From: Callorhinchus milii
Taxonomy: Eukaryota
Assembly: GCF_018977255.1 (NCBI RefSeq)
Contig: NW_024704742.1
Location: 46,006,001 to 46,070,000, forward strand
DNA: 64,000 nucleotides
Direction: 5' to 3'
Shown here: piece after piece, positions 13,180 through 26,648 of the stretch
Layout of the letters: each line of letters starts with the position of its first letter
Numbering within the stretch: the first letter of the stretch is position 1
Notes under the pieces: model-generated
The model's database searches: none
The model's input: only the letters and a program-made list of their open reading frames with translations
Told to the model about the DNA's origin: nothing
Position numbers and translations under genes: made by a program

Positions 13180-14758
13180 TGGGCTGAGACTCATTAGAAT
13201 TCCAGGCTTCATAAAGATAGCCAAAGAAGTTATGGATCTCTTACTACATTTTTGTTGGTGCTCTACTGGAAGTCATGGTTGGAGAAATAATGCCTTTCTC
13301 TTACTAATCTCCCTCTTCTCCATAAATATATTCCAGAGTGTCCAGAACCATAGACATTTACAGCACAGAAGGAACCCATTATGCCTATGAGCCACCAGCT
13401 TTGTGCAATTCTTCTGCCCTTTCTTTGTATCCTTCCTGACAACTTATCTTGCCAACATATCCTTTGAACAATCTGAACGTTCACAGTTAGAAGAGCCATC
13501 TTCATCAGTAACAGTAGTTATCACAAGGGGAGCATATGTGTCATCATGAGTACCTGTGGATTCAGCAAGAGATCCAGGAGGCACATTTTCAAGGCTGCAG
13601 CCCAAATTACCTCACATCAGCCCAGCAGTCTGTCAACTCATTCAAATGCTGCTGCCATGAACAACTGGCTGAGGATAAAGGAGTCATGTGTTGATCCTGT
13701 GAAGGCTGCTTTCACATGTCAGAAGATCCTTTGTTGTGAATTTCAGACTATCTGCAACGTTTTGGAATGAAAGACTTTCTGGCAGAGATTCAAAATCTTG
13801 GTTTTCAGCTCCTAGCTGATGCCACCCATTTTTTATTCTGTAAGATCACTTTTTCTTCAAATTTAAGGTCATACAGAATTGTGTAATATTTTAAAATTCA
13901 GTCTTAATTTCAAAGTTGGACTTCCACAGTCTTTAAGCAAGCAACTGCTTCCAAATTAAGATTGCTTTTTAAACAATCGCAATTCCGCACATTTAAGTTA
14001 AATGGTCTTACACGCTAAGACTAGGTGAATACGCAGGCTTCAAGACTATTCCAGATTTGTCCAACTATCAGTGGTTAGTTTATTATCTATTCTAATGGGA
14101 GGGAAAATATTAGTCAGCGCTCCATTTTCTCTATATTACAAATGATCTGCTTCCTATTGACTTCATGTCACCTATCTCCTCCTCCCAATTCTCCTGCCAT
14201 TGTTCCTCCTCTTTGGAACTCTCTCCCAGGGTCCCTCTGCTTTGCACCCTCTTTCTCTGCTTTTGAAACCCTTTTAAACACCTATCTATTTGACTGTGCA
14301 TTTGGTCACCTCCCTTCTTACCCACAATCAGCTGACGAGAAAAAACAGTATAAATTCCATCCTCAAATTTAACATCATACAACATTTTTAGGAAATTCTT
14401 ATTTCAATCTTAATTCAGAAAGCATTTTTTCTGCAGCTCTTAAAAAGAAACAGCTTTCAAATTCAGACTGAATTGAAGAATTTTCCACAATTCATTCTAA
14501 GCAAAATGATCTTACAGGCAAAAACTACATAGAATATCAGGCCTCTAGGTAAGGACAAGATCAAGCTCAGCTGTTTTCACTCCACATAGTAGGAACCGTT
14601 TGCTGACAATCACTGTCTGCACTCACAAGGGAAGAATGCCTAGTTGGACAAGATGCTGGAGGGCTGCCAACACCTGTCAACCATACCCTAGCATGAGACA
14701 GCATCTTGTGGAGGGAAGTAGAAAATGTTTTTCAAAATATTCCACTGTTCCATAACTT

Positions 14759-14975
14759 TAATAATAATAATAATAATAATCCTTGCATTTGATATAGCGC
14801 TTTTCATGTCGGGAGGACATCCCAAAGCGCTTCACAGAACACACTGTAAAGTGAATTGACTGTATATTTGTGGGTGAACGCGGCAGCCAATTGCGCACAG
14901 CAATGTCCCACAAACAGTCGTAGATTGAAAATGACCAATTTATTATTGTTTTTGGTTTTGGAGGGATTATTATAC
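14759..14975 (-). mobile_element. 5'-truncated SINE
   Basis: (TAA)n ccttgcatttgatatagcgc tail plus body. Confidence 0.85.
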
Positions 14976-17222
14976 TATTATTATCATAGTATATTTAAAT
15001 ACTTTTACTCAAAAGGCAATTAACAAGCAATTTGGCAATTTTATTACTTGTTCCAACAAATGTAAATTGAATCCTGCGTCATTTTAATAAAGCGTTTGAA
15101 GAACTGTACCGAGTTAACATGGCTGTAAGTAAACCTTAATCTCAGGTTGCATCTAGCTTTCTGTGTGCACGTTTGACGGAATGCTGCATGTTTTGAATTG
15201 CTTATCTCTAGTTGATGAATACACAGTATTTTCTGCCTTAAAAGGCCTAAGAAGTGCCCTGTCATGAGAAACAGTCTCAAAGGGGCAATCCTTCAATGTT
15301 ACCAGCATTTTGCTTCAGGTGTAATGGTGAGAGACAGGCATCTGTGGAACCCAAGCAGAAAATATATCACAGGAGTAATCAGTTATAGAAGTGACAGCCC
15401 AAACTAAGTCTCTCAGCAACCTTGAATCATTCTCCATTGGAGATTTGGGATCAGCATATGAAGTCTCAGATATAAACCAGCATTGAACTATTTAATAATA
15501 TAACTTGTTGGACAACAATTTTGTGTTTGTTCACTTTGTCAAAGGCAGCTGGATTCCAAGAGAAGTGCTGAATGTGCAATATGCTGACCCATTTCCTGGT
15601 TCCCAGTAGACTGCACCAGCTGGTTCTGTATACTCCCTTTATATAAGATCGCATACTTTTTTTTGTCTTCTGAATTATAAAGACTCCAAACAGAAATTGA
15701 GAAGCTGGATTGAAAGTGTTTTTTTCTTCAGAAAGTAAATTGAGAATTTAATTGAAATTCTGAATAGTAATTTTGGATTTCTCAAGTATTACATCCTCAA
15801 TTCCTCGCCAGTGTTTTGAGAGCGCTCTGAGACGCCGTCCAGCGTGGAGGGCACTATATAAATCCAAGTTATTGTTGTTGTTGTTTTGAGAGGATTCACA
15901 TTACATTAATTATTTTGACACCAATGTCAGAAGGAAATCAAAAGGTTTTCTTATGTATGCACTGAATAGTACATGTCAACACTGATGTTTAACATGAAGG
16001 ACATGTCAATTCATTGCAAAGATCTGTTTTGAAAAAGAGCTGCATCTCTGGCATGAGAACTGCATAACGTTTTACCTTGGTTCAAAAACAAACGGGACAT
16101 TTCCAGTTACTGTACATCTTATGCAAGTATTATTGTAAAGTCAAACAACAGTAGGCTGAGCATTATATATTCTGATTGTTTGAGTGGGACACTATACACC
16201 ATAGGAAGGTTGAGAGGCTACAATCAGATACTCTCACTTCATAAAGTAAACACATAAAGTAAAACCATTTTATGTAATATTTGCAGACACACTGCTAGAC
16301 TCATTAATATAGGACATTTATTATCCCATACAGTGTGCACTCAAGCTACAGAGTTTACAATGTTCTGTTAAAGTTCCTTTAAGTGATGTTTTATGGATTT
16401 ATTCTGCAAAACTATTTAAAGAAATCATCAAATCTGCCCTGTACTAACCTTTCTTTTACTGCAGCAGGAGTTTTGGAGCTTAATGTACAACTTGGGCAAA
16501 ATGCACTGGTAATTTGCCCTGAACTACCAGCCCTCTGTCTCTTGTAGATGCTGAATCTAGTCCTTAATCTACACAGACATGTTGCAGAACAGCGTAATGA
16601 GAATTTCTGTGATGTATACCATACTCTGCTTCCTGCCATTGCTTAAATCAGGAATGACCTGCACACAGGTTTGTTTACGTATAATGAGGTTTTGACAAAA
16701 AAATGAAGTTTTTTTTGGAAAAGTATGATATTTGTTACTAACATTGCATTTCCAGTTTATTATTGTGAACCCATAGGGCACTGTTTTCTGTCTTCAAGTG
16801 AAGGGCGTTGAAAACCAACCGATTTAAGTTATTTTCAAATGAATGTACTATACTTTTGCTCCAACTATTTCTACATGGTGTGCAAGTAGTGCATGAGCAA
16901 AATTATATATTGCAGGGAAAGTCAAGAACTGTAACACTTAATATTTCAGCTGCAAGTACTTTTTTCACAATCTTGACTCTGTAGCTGAATCATTTTAACC
17001 TACAGCCTCCGGTAGGTCCACAGAAATGCCTGCCTCTGTAGCTGACCGGTTTTGAACATTGTCAAATCAGGCTGTTTGATGCTGAAAAAGTATACTCATT
17101 TTACAATGTTCAAGTTACTCAAACATCAGGACTGCTGTGATACTAAAATATCTACAAGAACCTACTCAAATAATGCAAAAAATACAAATGAAATAAAATT
17201 AAAATAATATATTTATTGGTAC

Positions 17223-17300
17223 AAGGTCATTGGTGCAAGACTAAATGGATTGTTGGTACAAGAGTACCAACAATCCATTTAGTCTTGTACCAGTGACCTT
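17223..17300. repeat. 37-bp inverted repeat with 4-nt loop
   Basis: aaggtcattggtgcaagactaaatggattgttggtac / aaga / gtaccaacaatccatttagtcttgtaccagtgacctt; 35/37 Watson-Crick pairs. Confidence 0.95.
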
Positions 17301-19089
17301 CCTCTTTGACCATGCCTTCAGTCATCTTCCCACCAACACCAGCCCTTGCCCTCTACCCCTATTGACTCCAGCCTGCAGCTCAGATGTGCAATTCCTTGAC
17401 TGCCCAGTGCCATGGTATATCCTCCCGACGTGAAATACGCTATATAAATGCAATTTGTTGTTGGTGGTGGTTGTGGTGGTCTTAAAGTTTTTTAGGAGTT
17501 TCAGGAATTTCAGTCCTGTTCCCACTAGATGCAAGCTTATGGCACAAAGATGTGTACAATTTGATACAAATTGATAATTTCATTCAGATAAGTAATAAGC
17601 ATTGCTGATGTGAGAAATGGAAGAATTCACACATTTCCAGTAAATTGTGTTCTTCTGAGGTGTGGGGATTAATGCGTACTGTTACAGAGGAGCAAAGGGC
17701 AATTTGTTCTCTATCTAGCTGTGCCCTACCTGATTTGGAAGTGCTCAGTTCTGAGACTCGGCTCAACCAGGAAAAAAAAACTAAAGTTCTCCAACCTGCT
17801 ATCTCTCGATGAGTAATGCTGAACTAATCAGCAAACATTACACAAGATGAACATTTGCCTTAAAATGGTCACATATTTTCAATTTTTCGAGTGGGAATGA
17901 AGTGCACAACATACTCATATGCCGTGTATTTCATTATAATGATTAATGTGGTATGGCATTTGAGGCAATTTGCAAATTGGAACACTGATAATGAAAAAGA
18001 AACAGAACAACAAATTGCATCTATATAGCACCTTTCTTGTCCAGAAGTAGTCCTAAGGCCAATTCAAGGGGGTTTGCAACAGAGCTGAGTTTAGATTCAG
18101 GAGATGTGGGTCCAAGAGATTGGGGGTTGAGGGCAAGATGACCGAAGGTGGTCAAAGAGGTAAGTCTTGAGATGGATCTTTAAGGAGGCAAGGGATAAAT
18201 GCAGCACCAGTGTTCAAAATTGCCAGTAGGTTGTTTCTAGATAGCTCGAAATGGATACGTTTATGAAATTCCATTTTGTGCAACAACCATTAGCTCCCTT
18301 CCCTACGGGTTAAGAATATTCTGCATTGTCAAGCTCCAGAACCAATAGATATGTGTCTTTCTTAATGCAACCTCGTTTTATGGTTAGAACTGTCATTCAA
18401 GAAACAATCTGATATCTCTGTAGATAATTGCAATGCAAGTATGCAGTATTTAATTTGTTTGCTTTTCGAAGGAAGAAAATTGCTAAGACTAAAACTCTGC
18501 AGCATAAATTATCAGGTTAACAGTCAGAAAAGGAGGAGGTAAAAAAAATGCCCAATTTACATTGTACTTTTTATTTAAGCAGTTGCTCACCATTTTCTAT
18601 TTCAACTTTACTTTCCTGCACATTTTAGTTCAGATTGGTAAAAGAATGTCTCAGACCCATTGATCTGCTAAACTGGTGTGAAATATTATCAATTGGCATT
18701 TTGACTGTAGAATGTTTGCATTCAGTTGCATTCCCTCTGCTATTCTCAGAGGGAATGTATGTCTTATGGAAGCAGGCAACAGATCTTTATTTTAGCTCTG
18801 TACTCTCTTTTGATAATTGAATTGCTGAGTGCAGGGATTACATTTCACATCTCCCCAATAGAGCTATCACCTTTCCTACTGTTGCCCATTTTGTTTCGAC
18901 TTACATGCAGCCTGCATTCTCTGAATGCCCAATCTGGCCTACCCTTCAACCCTCTGCACATTATTGTAACTCTCAGTAACTCTTGCCCTCACTCCTTTTC
19001 CTCTAAACCCACTCTTCAGGCATCGTCCTCAATTGTGTCAAACTCACATGTGTTTTTTCCTTTCACTCACCATTCAAATTTTACTTAAT

Positions 19090-19900
19090 ATAGAAAGTTA
19101 CAGCACAGAAACCAGCTGAGCTACCCAGCTAGTCTGTGCTGATCTACTGCACATGAGCCTCCACCCCTCCTTTCCTCTTTCCCACAATCATATTCCCAAA
19201 TACTCACATCTCACTCCTCTATCTGCTGTCTCCATTTAGATGGTTTAGATCTTCTGCACACCTCCTCATTCCCTCTGCTCCATAATTCCCACAATGCCCC
19301 AAATCTCTGGAACTCCCAGCCTCAATTCCTTTGCCTTTCTCCCTCTCTGCCCATCTTCAAATCACAACTGAAGGTCTTCCTCTTCGACCGTGCTTCTGGT
19401 CACCTCCCCTCTCTTTCCAGCTCAGTGTCAAGCCATGCCACTGTTAAGCACTCCAATATGCTACCTGCATGAAGGCAGCTGTATAAATGCAAGTTGTTGT
19501 TGCCATATATCCCACTATCTTCTTCTACCTAATGTATGTATCATGTTCCCTTAGAAACATTGATGCTTTTCGCTTTCACCACAGTTTTCTGTAGTGAATT
19601 CCACATTCTCACCATCCTCTGCCTGAAAACATTGCACTGAACTCTCTCTTAGACCTTCTGTCATATATTGGTTTGAATTCACCAGCCTGCCAATGTCTAT
19701 CTTAAACATCTCAACCAGGTCCCCATTCTCATTCTTATCATCAGAGAGAGAAAAGCTCTAACCCATCCAATCTTTCCTAATAACTGTATTCACTCATCCC
19801 TGTTAATAACCTTGTAAATCCACGTGGCATTCTCTGCAATTCTAAAATATGGCAATCAGAACTGCACAAACTGCACTCTAAATGTAGTCTTGTTAATACA
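19090..19900. mobile_element. Old CR1 fragments (minus) interrupted by an L2 3' end (plus, about 19250-19502)
   Basis: CR1-like gtgaattccacattctcacc and aaatatggcaatcagaactgcaca; L2-like ctcttcgaccgtgcttctggtcacct...tataaatgcaagttgttgttg. Confidence 0.6.
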
Positions 19901-22486
19901 CTGGAAGTGGCGGCCACCCAAGTAAATTCAATATAGTCACTTACTCTTGCAAACCCAAATGGATGGATTGATCAATCATCCTTAGTACCTTCAATGAATC
20001 TGTCCCATTCTTTGGACAAAATATTTAAACCATTGCACAGCTGAATCAAGTCCCACAATTGTGTGTGAACATTTTTGTGTGTTTTATTTATAAAAGGAAA
20101 GAATATGGCATTCTTACGATTATGCATGTAATGTTTTGCAGACACCACAGAGATTTAGTTAAAAATCTGCAGGATATGCATTGTGTGAATAATAATAAAC
20201 TGTATTAATTGGTACTTGTTCGCCAGTGAAATAGTTATGAGCCCTATATTCTGTGTCACTATTTTGTAGACTTACCTTGTGGTAGCAAGAAAATAGCACT
20301 CATGGATTTAAAACTTGTATCAATGTTTTTAATATAGAAAGCGTCTTCCAATTTTGGTTTAACTCAGCAGTAAATGCTTACTTATAGTGAATTACAACCA
20401 CTTATTGAGCCAATTATTTGAAAATAGACCTTGTAAAAATGCAGAGTTGCTTCTTTGGTCGTCTCTAAATGTACCAACCTCAAAGAGGGAAGTTGATTTA
20501 TTCTCTGCTTGTTAGTGAATTCAGTGATCTTCCCCTTTATAAACTCACATCAAGCCAGGTCTGGCAAGACAGGATTGTTAAGCTCTTTGGGATGGCTTCC
20601 TAATTGAAGGGCACTATATAAATGAAAATTTAATTCATATTGCTTTAAATTTTGCAGAATGAAATACGTTTAGTCATCAAGGATGGAAAATTTAAAGACA
20701 AACAGAGAATTAGTCGAGGAATCTATACATTGTGCATCACAGTACTTATTTACTGGCTTTATACACATCACATTAAAAATATGGGTTGTCTCAGGTTGAT
20801 GCCCAAAGAGACACGTGACTTGCTAATGCATATCCTGAGTGCAGTCTTATTCTGAGTCAAAGTGCATTTTCAAAGCACATTGGATATGTGTTCTTTGTTG
20901 CATCTTTTCTTCAAAGATAGACGTATTCATATTTTTTTAGAGTGAAATGCATTAGATAAAATTCAATTGACAGTGACAACAATTATTATGTTAACCCTTT
21001 AATTGACCTAGCTGATGCAGTTCTGGGTGTGGATTCCTCCGGAGAGACAAGAGGATTTTTCTTCCTCTATATGTATCTGTCATTTAAATCTCCCTAAATC
21101 TAAACCTAATCACTCTGCCTCTTCTTGTTCTAATTGGCATCTGATAGCAGATTTCATTTATATGTACTGTCAATGTTAGTCACCATAGAGTGCTTATTCC
21201 TTTAAAGATGTGCTTTCTGCACTGTCTGCACTGTTTTATTACAACTTCATTCCAGTCCTTCTACAGCCTCTTGAGTCCAGGTCATGCGATTATTACGATG
21301 AAAGCCAGCAAAGCTCTTACAGGCAAACAATTAGTTTCTACCTTCAGGTTATAATACATAGTCAATCCACTTTACAGGATATCCTGTGAAGCGCTTTGAT
21401 ACATCTTAATGACATGATAAGGCGCTATATCGATTGCAAGGATTATTATTATTATTACTATTATTATTATTTTGTCTATTCATTTGGTCCAAATTCCCAA
21501 ATTTGAAATTGTATATTGTATAAGACTAGGGCATCTCTAGCATTTGTTTCACAACTCCTGGCTATCATCCTTGTACAGTTAATTCCCTAACATTGTCTTT
21601 TAGTTTCAAAGAGGTTATGATTCTGCTGTGTATTTACAGTGCAGTTATTTGTTGATTCCTCTGCTACTTCAAGCCCTATAGACTAGGCTCTAACAAGCTG
21701 TTAGAAGTTGACATCAAAGTTTTGGAAACTGGAAGTCACAAGCTGTAAGTTACAATTAATTCAGTTACACTATAATTTGTGATTAATCTATTTTAGGCTC
21801 AATATTGATTTGAATGTAATCATTTTTATCTAAAATCTATTATTTTCCAAATAATTCAGTAATAGGAATGTTTTGGGGGTGAATCCTGATTGATTGGTGA
21901 ATTCCCATTTGGTGAATTCCCAATTGTGGATATTATGATATTTTGCAAAATCATACCTTTCCATTTGGTTGTGCCTCTTCCCCTTCCACATTTATTCTCC
22001 CAACTCTGAAGCTCCCAATTTTAAAAATCCATGGTTCTTGTATTTCACATATTAATGTATTATTGTTTGTTTCTACCCATGTAACACTATGAGATCTAAT
22101 GACATTATAATGATGATGCTTACAATATCCCTTAATGCTTCATTTCCTATCATCTCATGCTCACTGCAAATATTGCATTCATTATATCCTCTTTCCTATT
22201 TCTTCCTGCAGCATGTCATGTAAATTCCTTGGACATTACTATGGATTATAACAGCAAATGGAGGCAGCAGTAATCCTAAATCACAATTGAACATCTCCTG
22301 TTGACTTGAATCTCTTCCCATGTAGTTTGGGCTCATTTTAGTTGCACAAATCAAAATGCACCAAAAATTGCTTTGGAAATCATCAAACTGAAATCCAAGA
22401 AACTTTGAAAAAAGGAATTATGTAGAATACATTCTAGACAATATACTTCCCCTTTTTATTTAAAAAATAAATGCAACAACGATACA

Positions 22487-22845
22487 TGTAACAGAAATAT
22501 ACTACCAGATAAGCAGTCTTGTCTGATGGAGAGCACTTGGCTCAGCGACCTGTAATTCTTATTCTGTGGAGCTCAACTTTTCTTTTGTGTGTCTGTTGTA
22601 TTTATACCCAGCTAGTTGGTGTACTCATGATCCGCTCGTGATGGTACTTTTCCACTAGCCTATGTGCCCTCGTGTATGTCCCTCTTGCTTGCTGAGACAA
22701 CTTTTCCTCCTTATCCGTACTACCTGTTCTTCCTCAATCAGTATGTTTTCCTAATCTTGCATTCCCGTGGTCTCTAGTCGGGCGCCCTACTCACAGCTAG
22801 CTGTGTATGAGCCATCTATGCTGTTAACCCTTTCTTATATTAACA
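22487..22845 (-). mobile_element. LTR (putative 3' LTR of retroviral element 1)
   Basis: 359 bp bounded by TGT..ACA. On the minus strand it is preceded by a purine-rich tract (AAGGTGGAGAC) and contains GGTATAAATA (about 22599-22608). Its minus-strand start is repeated at 24725-24762 (34/38 identical). Confidence 0.7.
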
Positions 22846-23769
22846 GTCTCCACCTTGAGAGTGAGAAAGTAAGATTTTCCATCTCTCATTTTATCTATGA
22901 TTTATTACGCTAGCTAACTGGTCAGATTGCACCTGTATAGCCCTTAATAGAAGTACAAATAATATAAAGACACTATCATTGTGAATAAAATTATGGCTTC
23001 GGTAATCACAAAAGCATAAGACATGAGTAATATAGTTCAATGCAATTAATTAGATTGATACAGCGGCTATGATTAGGAATCGACTTGTTAAGTCGACTTG
23101 GTTGATTGACAATGTTGATTGTAGAATATCTCTTCGTAAAATGGGTTAGACTTGTCTTTCTTCATTCCCAAACTTAGACTTTTTTAGTCACGTACACCAA
23201 GTTGTCAGTGAGATCTTCAACAGCTTGTTTTTACCATTAATTTAGGGTTAAAAACATATCCTTCAAGGTCGGTATACTCCTTTTGTTCTTGACAACCTTT
23301 ATGTACTGATGTTACCAATGTCCTTGAGAGTCCATAAAATCAGTTTTATTTCAACCAAACAAGTCCATGAGTCTTCATGATATCCTTTTTGGTCAACTTA
23401 AGATAAACCAGAATGCTGGGTTTGCGAAATGTTCAGTCCCCACTTCGAGTGGGTCAAGCTAACAACACAGCCCACTATCACCATCAGAATCTTCACGATT
23501 CCCTTTTACCTCAGCCACCACATCAATCCTTTCAGGCTAATATTAGCATCTGTAATTACAGCACATCATTATCAATAATATCATGATTAACAAATAGTAT
23601 GACCACAGAAATTTGAAATATTATTTGAGTGGATGTTCTCCCTATCCTTGTCTGCTAACTTTGAGCATTACTGAAATACTGGAATGGGCAAGGTAAATGT
23701 TACATAAAATAAATCAGAACAATGATATTCTTAATACCATCACTTCTCCTTCTTGAACTGTCACAGTGT

Positions 23770-24045
23770 TTACCTATCGACCCCGTCACCGCGCGCTCTA
23801 CCACACCCGATGCATACAAAATCCACGCAGTTGTCAATGTAGGCCCTGTCCTCTGTGCAGGTATTGGCCGCTGTTGTGATGTAGACGATTGATTGGGTTG
23901 TACTTGCCCACTCATCTCCCCCCCCAGACGGTCGAGCTGAAATTGAACATGAAGACCAGCTTTGTGGGTGGGAGGATAAGGGAAGTATAAGTTGTCCCCG
24001 AAGAAGTCGCTGGAAGGAAAGCGACCACCTTAGGATGTTAGCCAT
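23770..24045 (-). CDS. Short 91-codon ORF inside element 1 (MANILRW...CIGCGRARGDGVDR), unknown product
   Basis: Open frame whose ATG lies 9 nt after an acceptor-like ttttgtttctacag (24056/24055). A homologous, stop-interrupted frame is present in element 2. Confidence 0.3.
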   Translation of the reverse strand: MANILRWSLSFQRLLRGQLILPLSSHPQSWSSCSISARPSGGGDEWASTTQSIVYITTAANTCTEDRAYIDNCVDFVCIGCGRARGDGVDR

Positions 24046-24796
24046 TGTTAGTATCTGTAGAAACAAAATTACGAAGTGAAATCTCCCGTTTCTTTAAACA
24101 CTTTAGTTGGTTAATATGATTGCAGTAAAGTTGGTGATCATCATGTGAAGTGGGAAAAGAAATTTGGTCTATTAGTGCTACTGCCTCAAAATACTTGCAC
24201 TACTGGCTTTACCAGGTATTCAATTGTAGCTTGGACATGATCATTAGCTGCAAAAACAGTTTCACTTTATGCAAACACAAGGTCATGTCTCTGAGCAGCC
24301 TGTGCTGATCAGCCTGAAGCAGTGAGTTTTCATTTGTTTACACAAGCCAGAGTGTGAGCAGTCAGTGAATTTAAACTGCTTACAGTCAGTGGCTACAGTT
24401 ATGGATTTTTAAAGTTGCTGTGCTGTGTAATTTTCTTTTCTCTTGTTTTTTTCAATGAACCCATCCTCTCTCTCTCTCAACTTTTGTTAATCTCTTTATT
24501 TGAGAGAACAGCATTTTGACCTTTCCTGTTCCAACTCTTCCCAGTCCGGTTCCCCACAATCGTCTCCCCTTGTTCCTGCCCACACAAAAGCCTGTTTCTC
24601 GCGCAGCTGTGCCTTTAACGCAGCAATTTGTTCCCTGCAAACCTGATGGTCCAGCTGCTGTCCAGGTACCTGCTGAGACTACTTTCCTCCTTATCTAGCG
24701 CCTTGTCCATATGGTAGTTGACCATGAGTCATCTATTCTGTTAACTCTTTCTTATACTAACAACTGGGAATAGGGATTCTTCCCTCTTGACCTCTG

Positions 24797-25240
24797 TTAC
24801 AACAACAACAACAAGATTTCATTTATAGAGCGCCTTTCACGTCGGGAGGACATCCCAAGGCGCTGTACAGTTGGGTCAGAACCTGAGCATTGGGGGGAAA
24901 TGGTCAGGGTGAGGGGAGGGAAGGGAGGGAGCGAGGAGGGGTAGAGAGTCGAGAGGGGAGCTGAAGGCACGGTCAAAGAGAAAGGTCTTGAGACCGGCCT
25001 TGAAGGAGGAAAGGGAGGAGGCGGCGAAGGCACTGGGGGATGGAGTTCCAGAGCCTCGGGGCTGAGAGGCTGAAGGCCCGGCCACTGATGGTAGGGCAGT
25101 TGGGGCGGGGGATGTGGAGCAGACCGGAGCCAGAGGAACGGAGGGTACGGGCAGGTAAGTAGGGGGATAGTAGGTCAGAGAGGTAGGAGGGAGCAAGGCC
25201 GTGAATGGCTTTGTAGGTGAGGATGAGGATCTTGAATTCG
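24797..25240 (-). mobile_element. Young L2 LINE 3' end
   Basis: ORF2 C-terminus (..ASSLSSFKAGLKTFLFDRAF) followed by a 3' UTR and (TTG)n tail; CpGs are retained. Confidence 0.9.
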
Positions 25241-25921
25241 AATCCTTGAATTAATCCTACAAGCCAATGTCCAAATGGGGTATTGTGGCCCTAATTCAAT
25301 AAAGCAGTGGGGTGCTTGCTAGAATGGCAGTCGCAATTGCAGGCTATGCAATTTTAGCTGGTTAAACTAGCCGTGATCCATTGCACATGCTGGGAGCCTC
25401 AAGCCTCGTCAAACTGCACCTAATACTACATTAAATTAGTTGAACAGGACACATTCCTCCAGGGAGTGAGTATGCACTCTATTCTACATAAATATAAATT
25501 TGCCATGTATATGTGGAGTGCTCAATAGTTTAGCTTTGATACTTTTAAGCATAGTGATGCATTTCTAAATGTGTCAGAAACAATACCAATTACATTTATA
25601 CAGCACCTTTCACGTTGGGAGGACATCCCCAGTGAGCAAACAAAATCCAGTTTCCATATAGTTTCAACCTCAATCTGCTCTGCACAAGCTTCAATAAATC
25701 AGGCCTTACCCCAATATTAAAGCCTCACTTAGTGAAGCTTCTACATAATTATAATATTAATATTATATAATAATGATAACAGTACTAGCATTTGATATAA
25801 GACATTATCACGTCATTGAGCCATCTTAAAGTAATTCACAGTTTTATATTAAAGTGGTGTGACTGTGTATTTTGCAGGTGAACATTACCAAGCATTCAAC
25901 CATAACATCAAATTTGTGTTT

Positions 25922-26213
25922 ATAATAATATATAATAATAATCCTTGCATTTGATATAGCGCCTTATCACGTCGCGGCAGTCAATGGAGCACAACAGTGT
26001 CCCACAAACTGTTGTGGTTTGAGCAACTAAATAATTTTTTTAAGGGATTATTATCCCCTGGAAAAGCGATCCGCCAATTATCTAATAACCAACTTACTGC
26101 CAGTTAAATAAAGGCATATGGAGTAAGGAAACTTGCTTGACGTTTCACCCTGTCAGGAATAAAACCCAGGTCCTCTCGCTTGCAAAGTGAGTGCTCTAAC
26201 CACTGAGCTACAG
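25922..26213 (-). mobile_element. tRNA-derived SINE, internally deleted
   Basis: Tail at 25922-25972 and head gtgctctaaccactgagctacag. Confidence 0.85.
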
Positions 26214-26289
26214 TGGTTGCCCATTTTTTTGGGGGGGACACCAGCGAGGCTACAGGAGTTTACCACCGCCTGCCTCTCTGGGCCGGCAC

Positions 26290-26640
26290 TACACACACAC
26301 ACAGAAAAACACACACTTACAAACACAGAGACACATACATTCACAGATTCAGAGACACACACACAGACACAGAGACACACACACTCACAGACACAGACAT
26401 GCACACTCACAGAGAGACACACACACACACTCATAGACAGAGAGGAAGACACACACACACACTCATAGACAGAGAGGAAGATACACACACACACTCATAG
26501 ACAGAGAGGGAGACACACACTCACAGAGAGAGAAACACACTCACAGACAGAGAGAGGGACACTCACAGACAGAGAGAGACACACTCACAGACAGAGAGAG
26601 AGACACACTCACAGACACAGAGAGAAACACAAACACACAC
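26290..26640. repeat. Compound (CA)/(GA) microsatellite
   Basis: acacactcacagacagagag variants; this explains ORFs 26153-26500. Confidence 0.95.
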
Positions 26641-26648
26641 TCTTGTGC

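Larger units (their letters stand above)
22487..24762 (-). mobile_element. Deleted non-autonomous LTR retroviral element 1
   Basis: Partly homologous LTR-like ends, a hydrophobic TM-like remnant just before the PPT (LNYITHV..FVITEAIILFTMIVSLYYLYFY), and internal homology to element 2. No gag/pol, PBS or TSD was recognised. Confidence 0.6.

Noticed and set aside
23780..23830. Integrase motif (SGVVER)
   Set aside because: The resemblance to the integrase SG.VER motif is short, the flanking DDE context is absent, and the element 2 homologue lacks it.
26211..26290. hAT-type TIR (CAGTGGTTGCCCA)
   Set aside because: No matching second TIR or 8-bp TSD was found.
26153..26500. ORFs rich in CV or TH repeats
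   Set aside because: They are translations of the CA/GA microsatellite.
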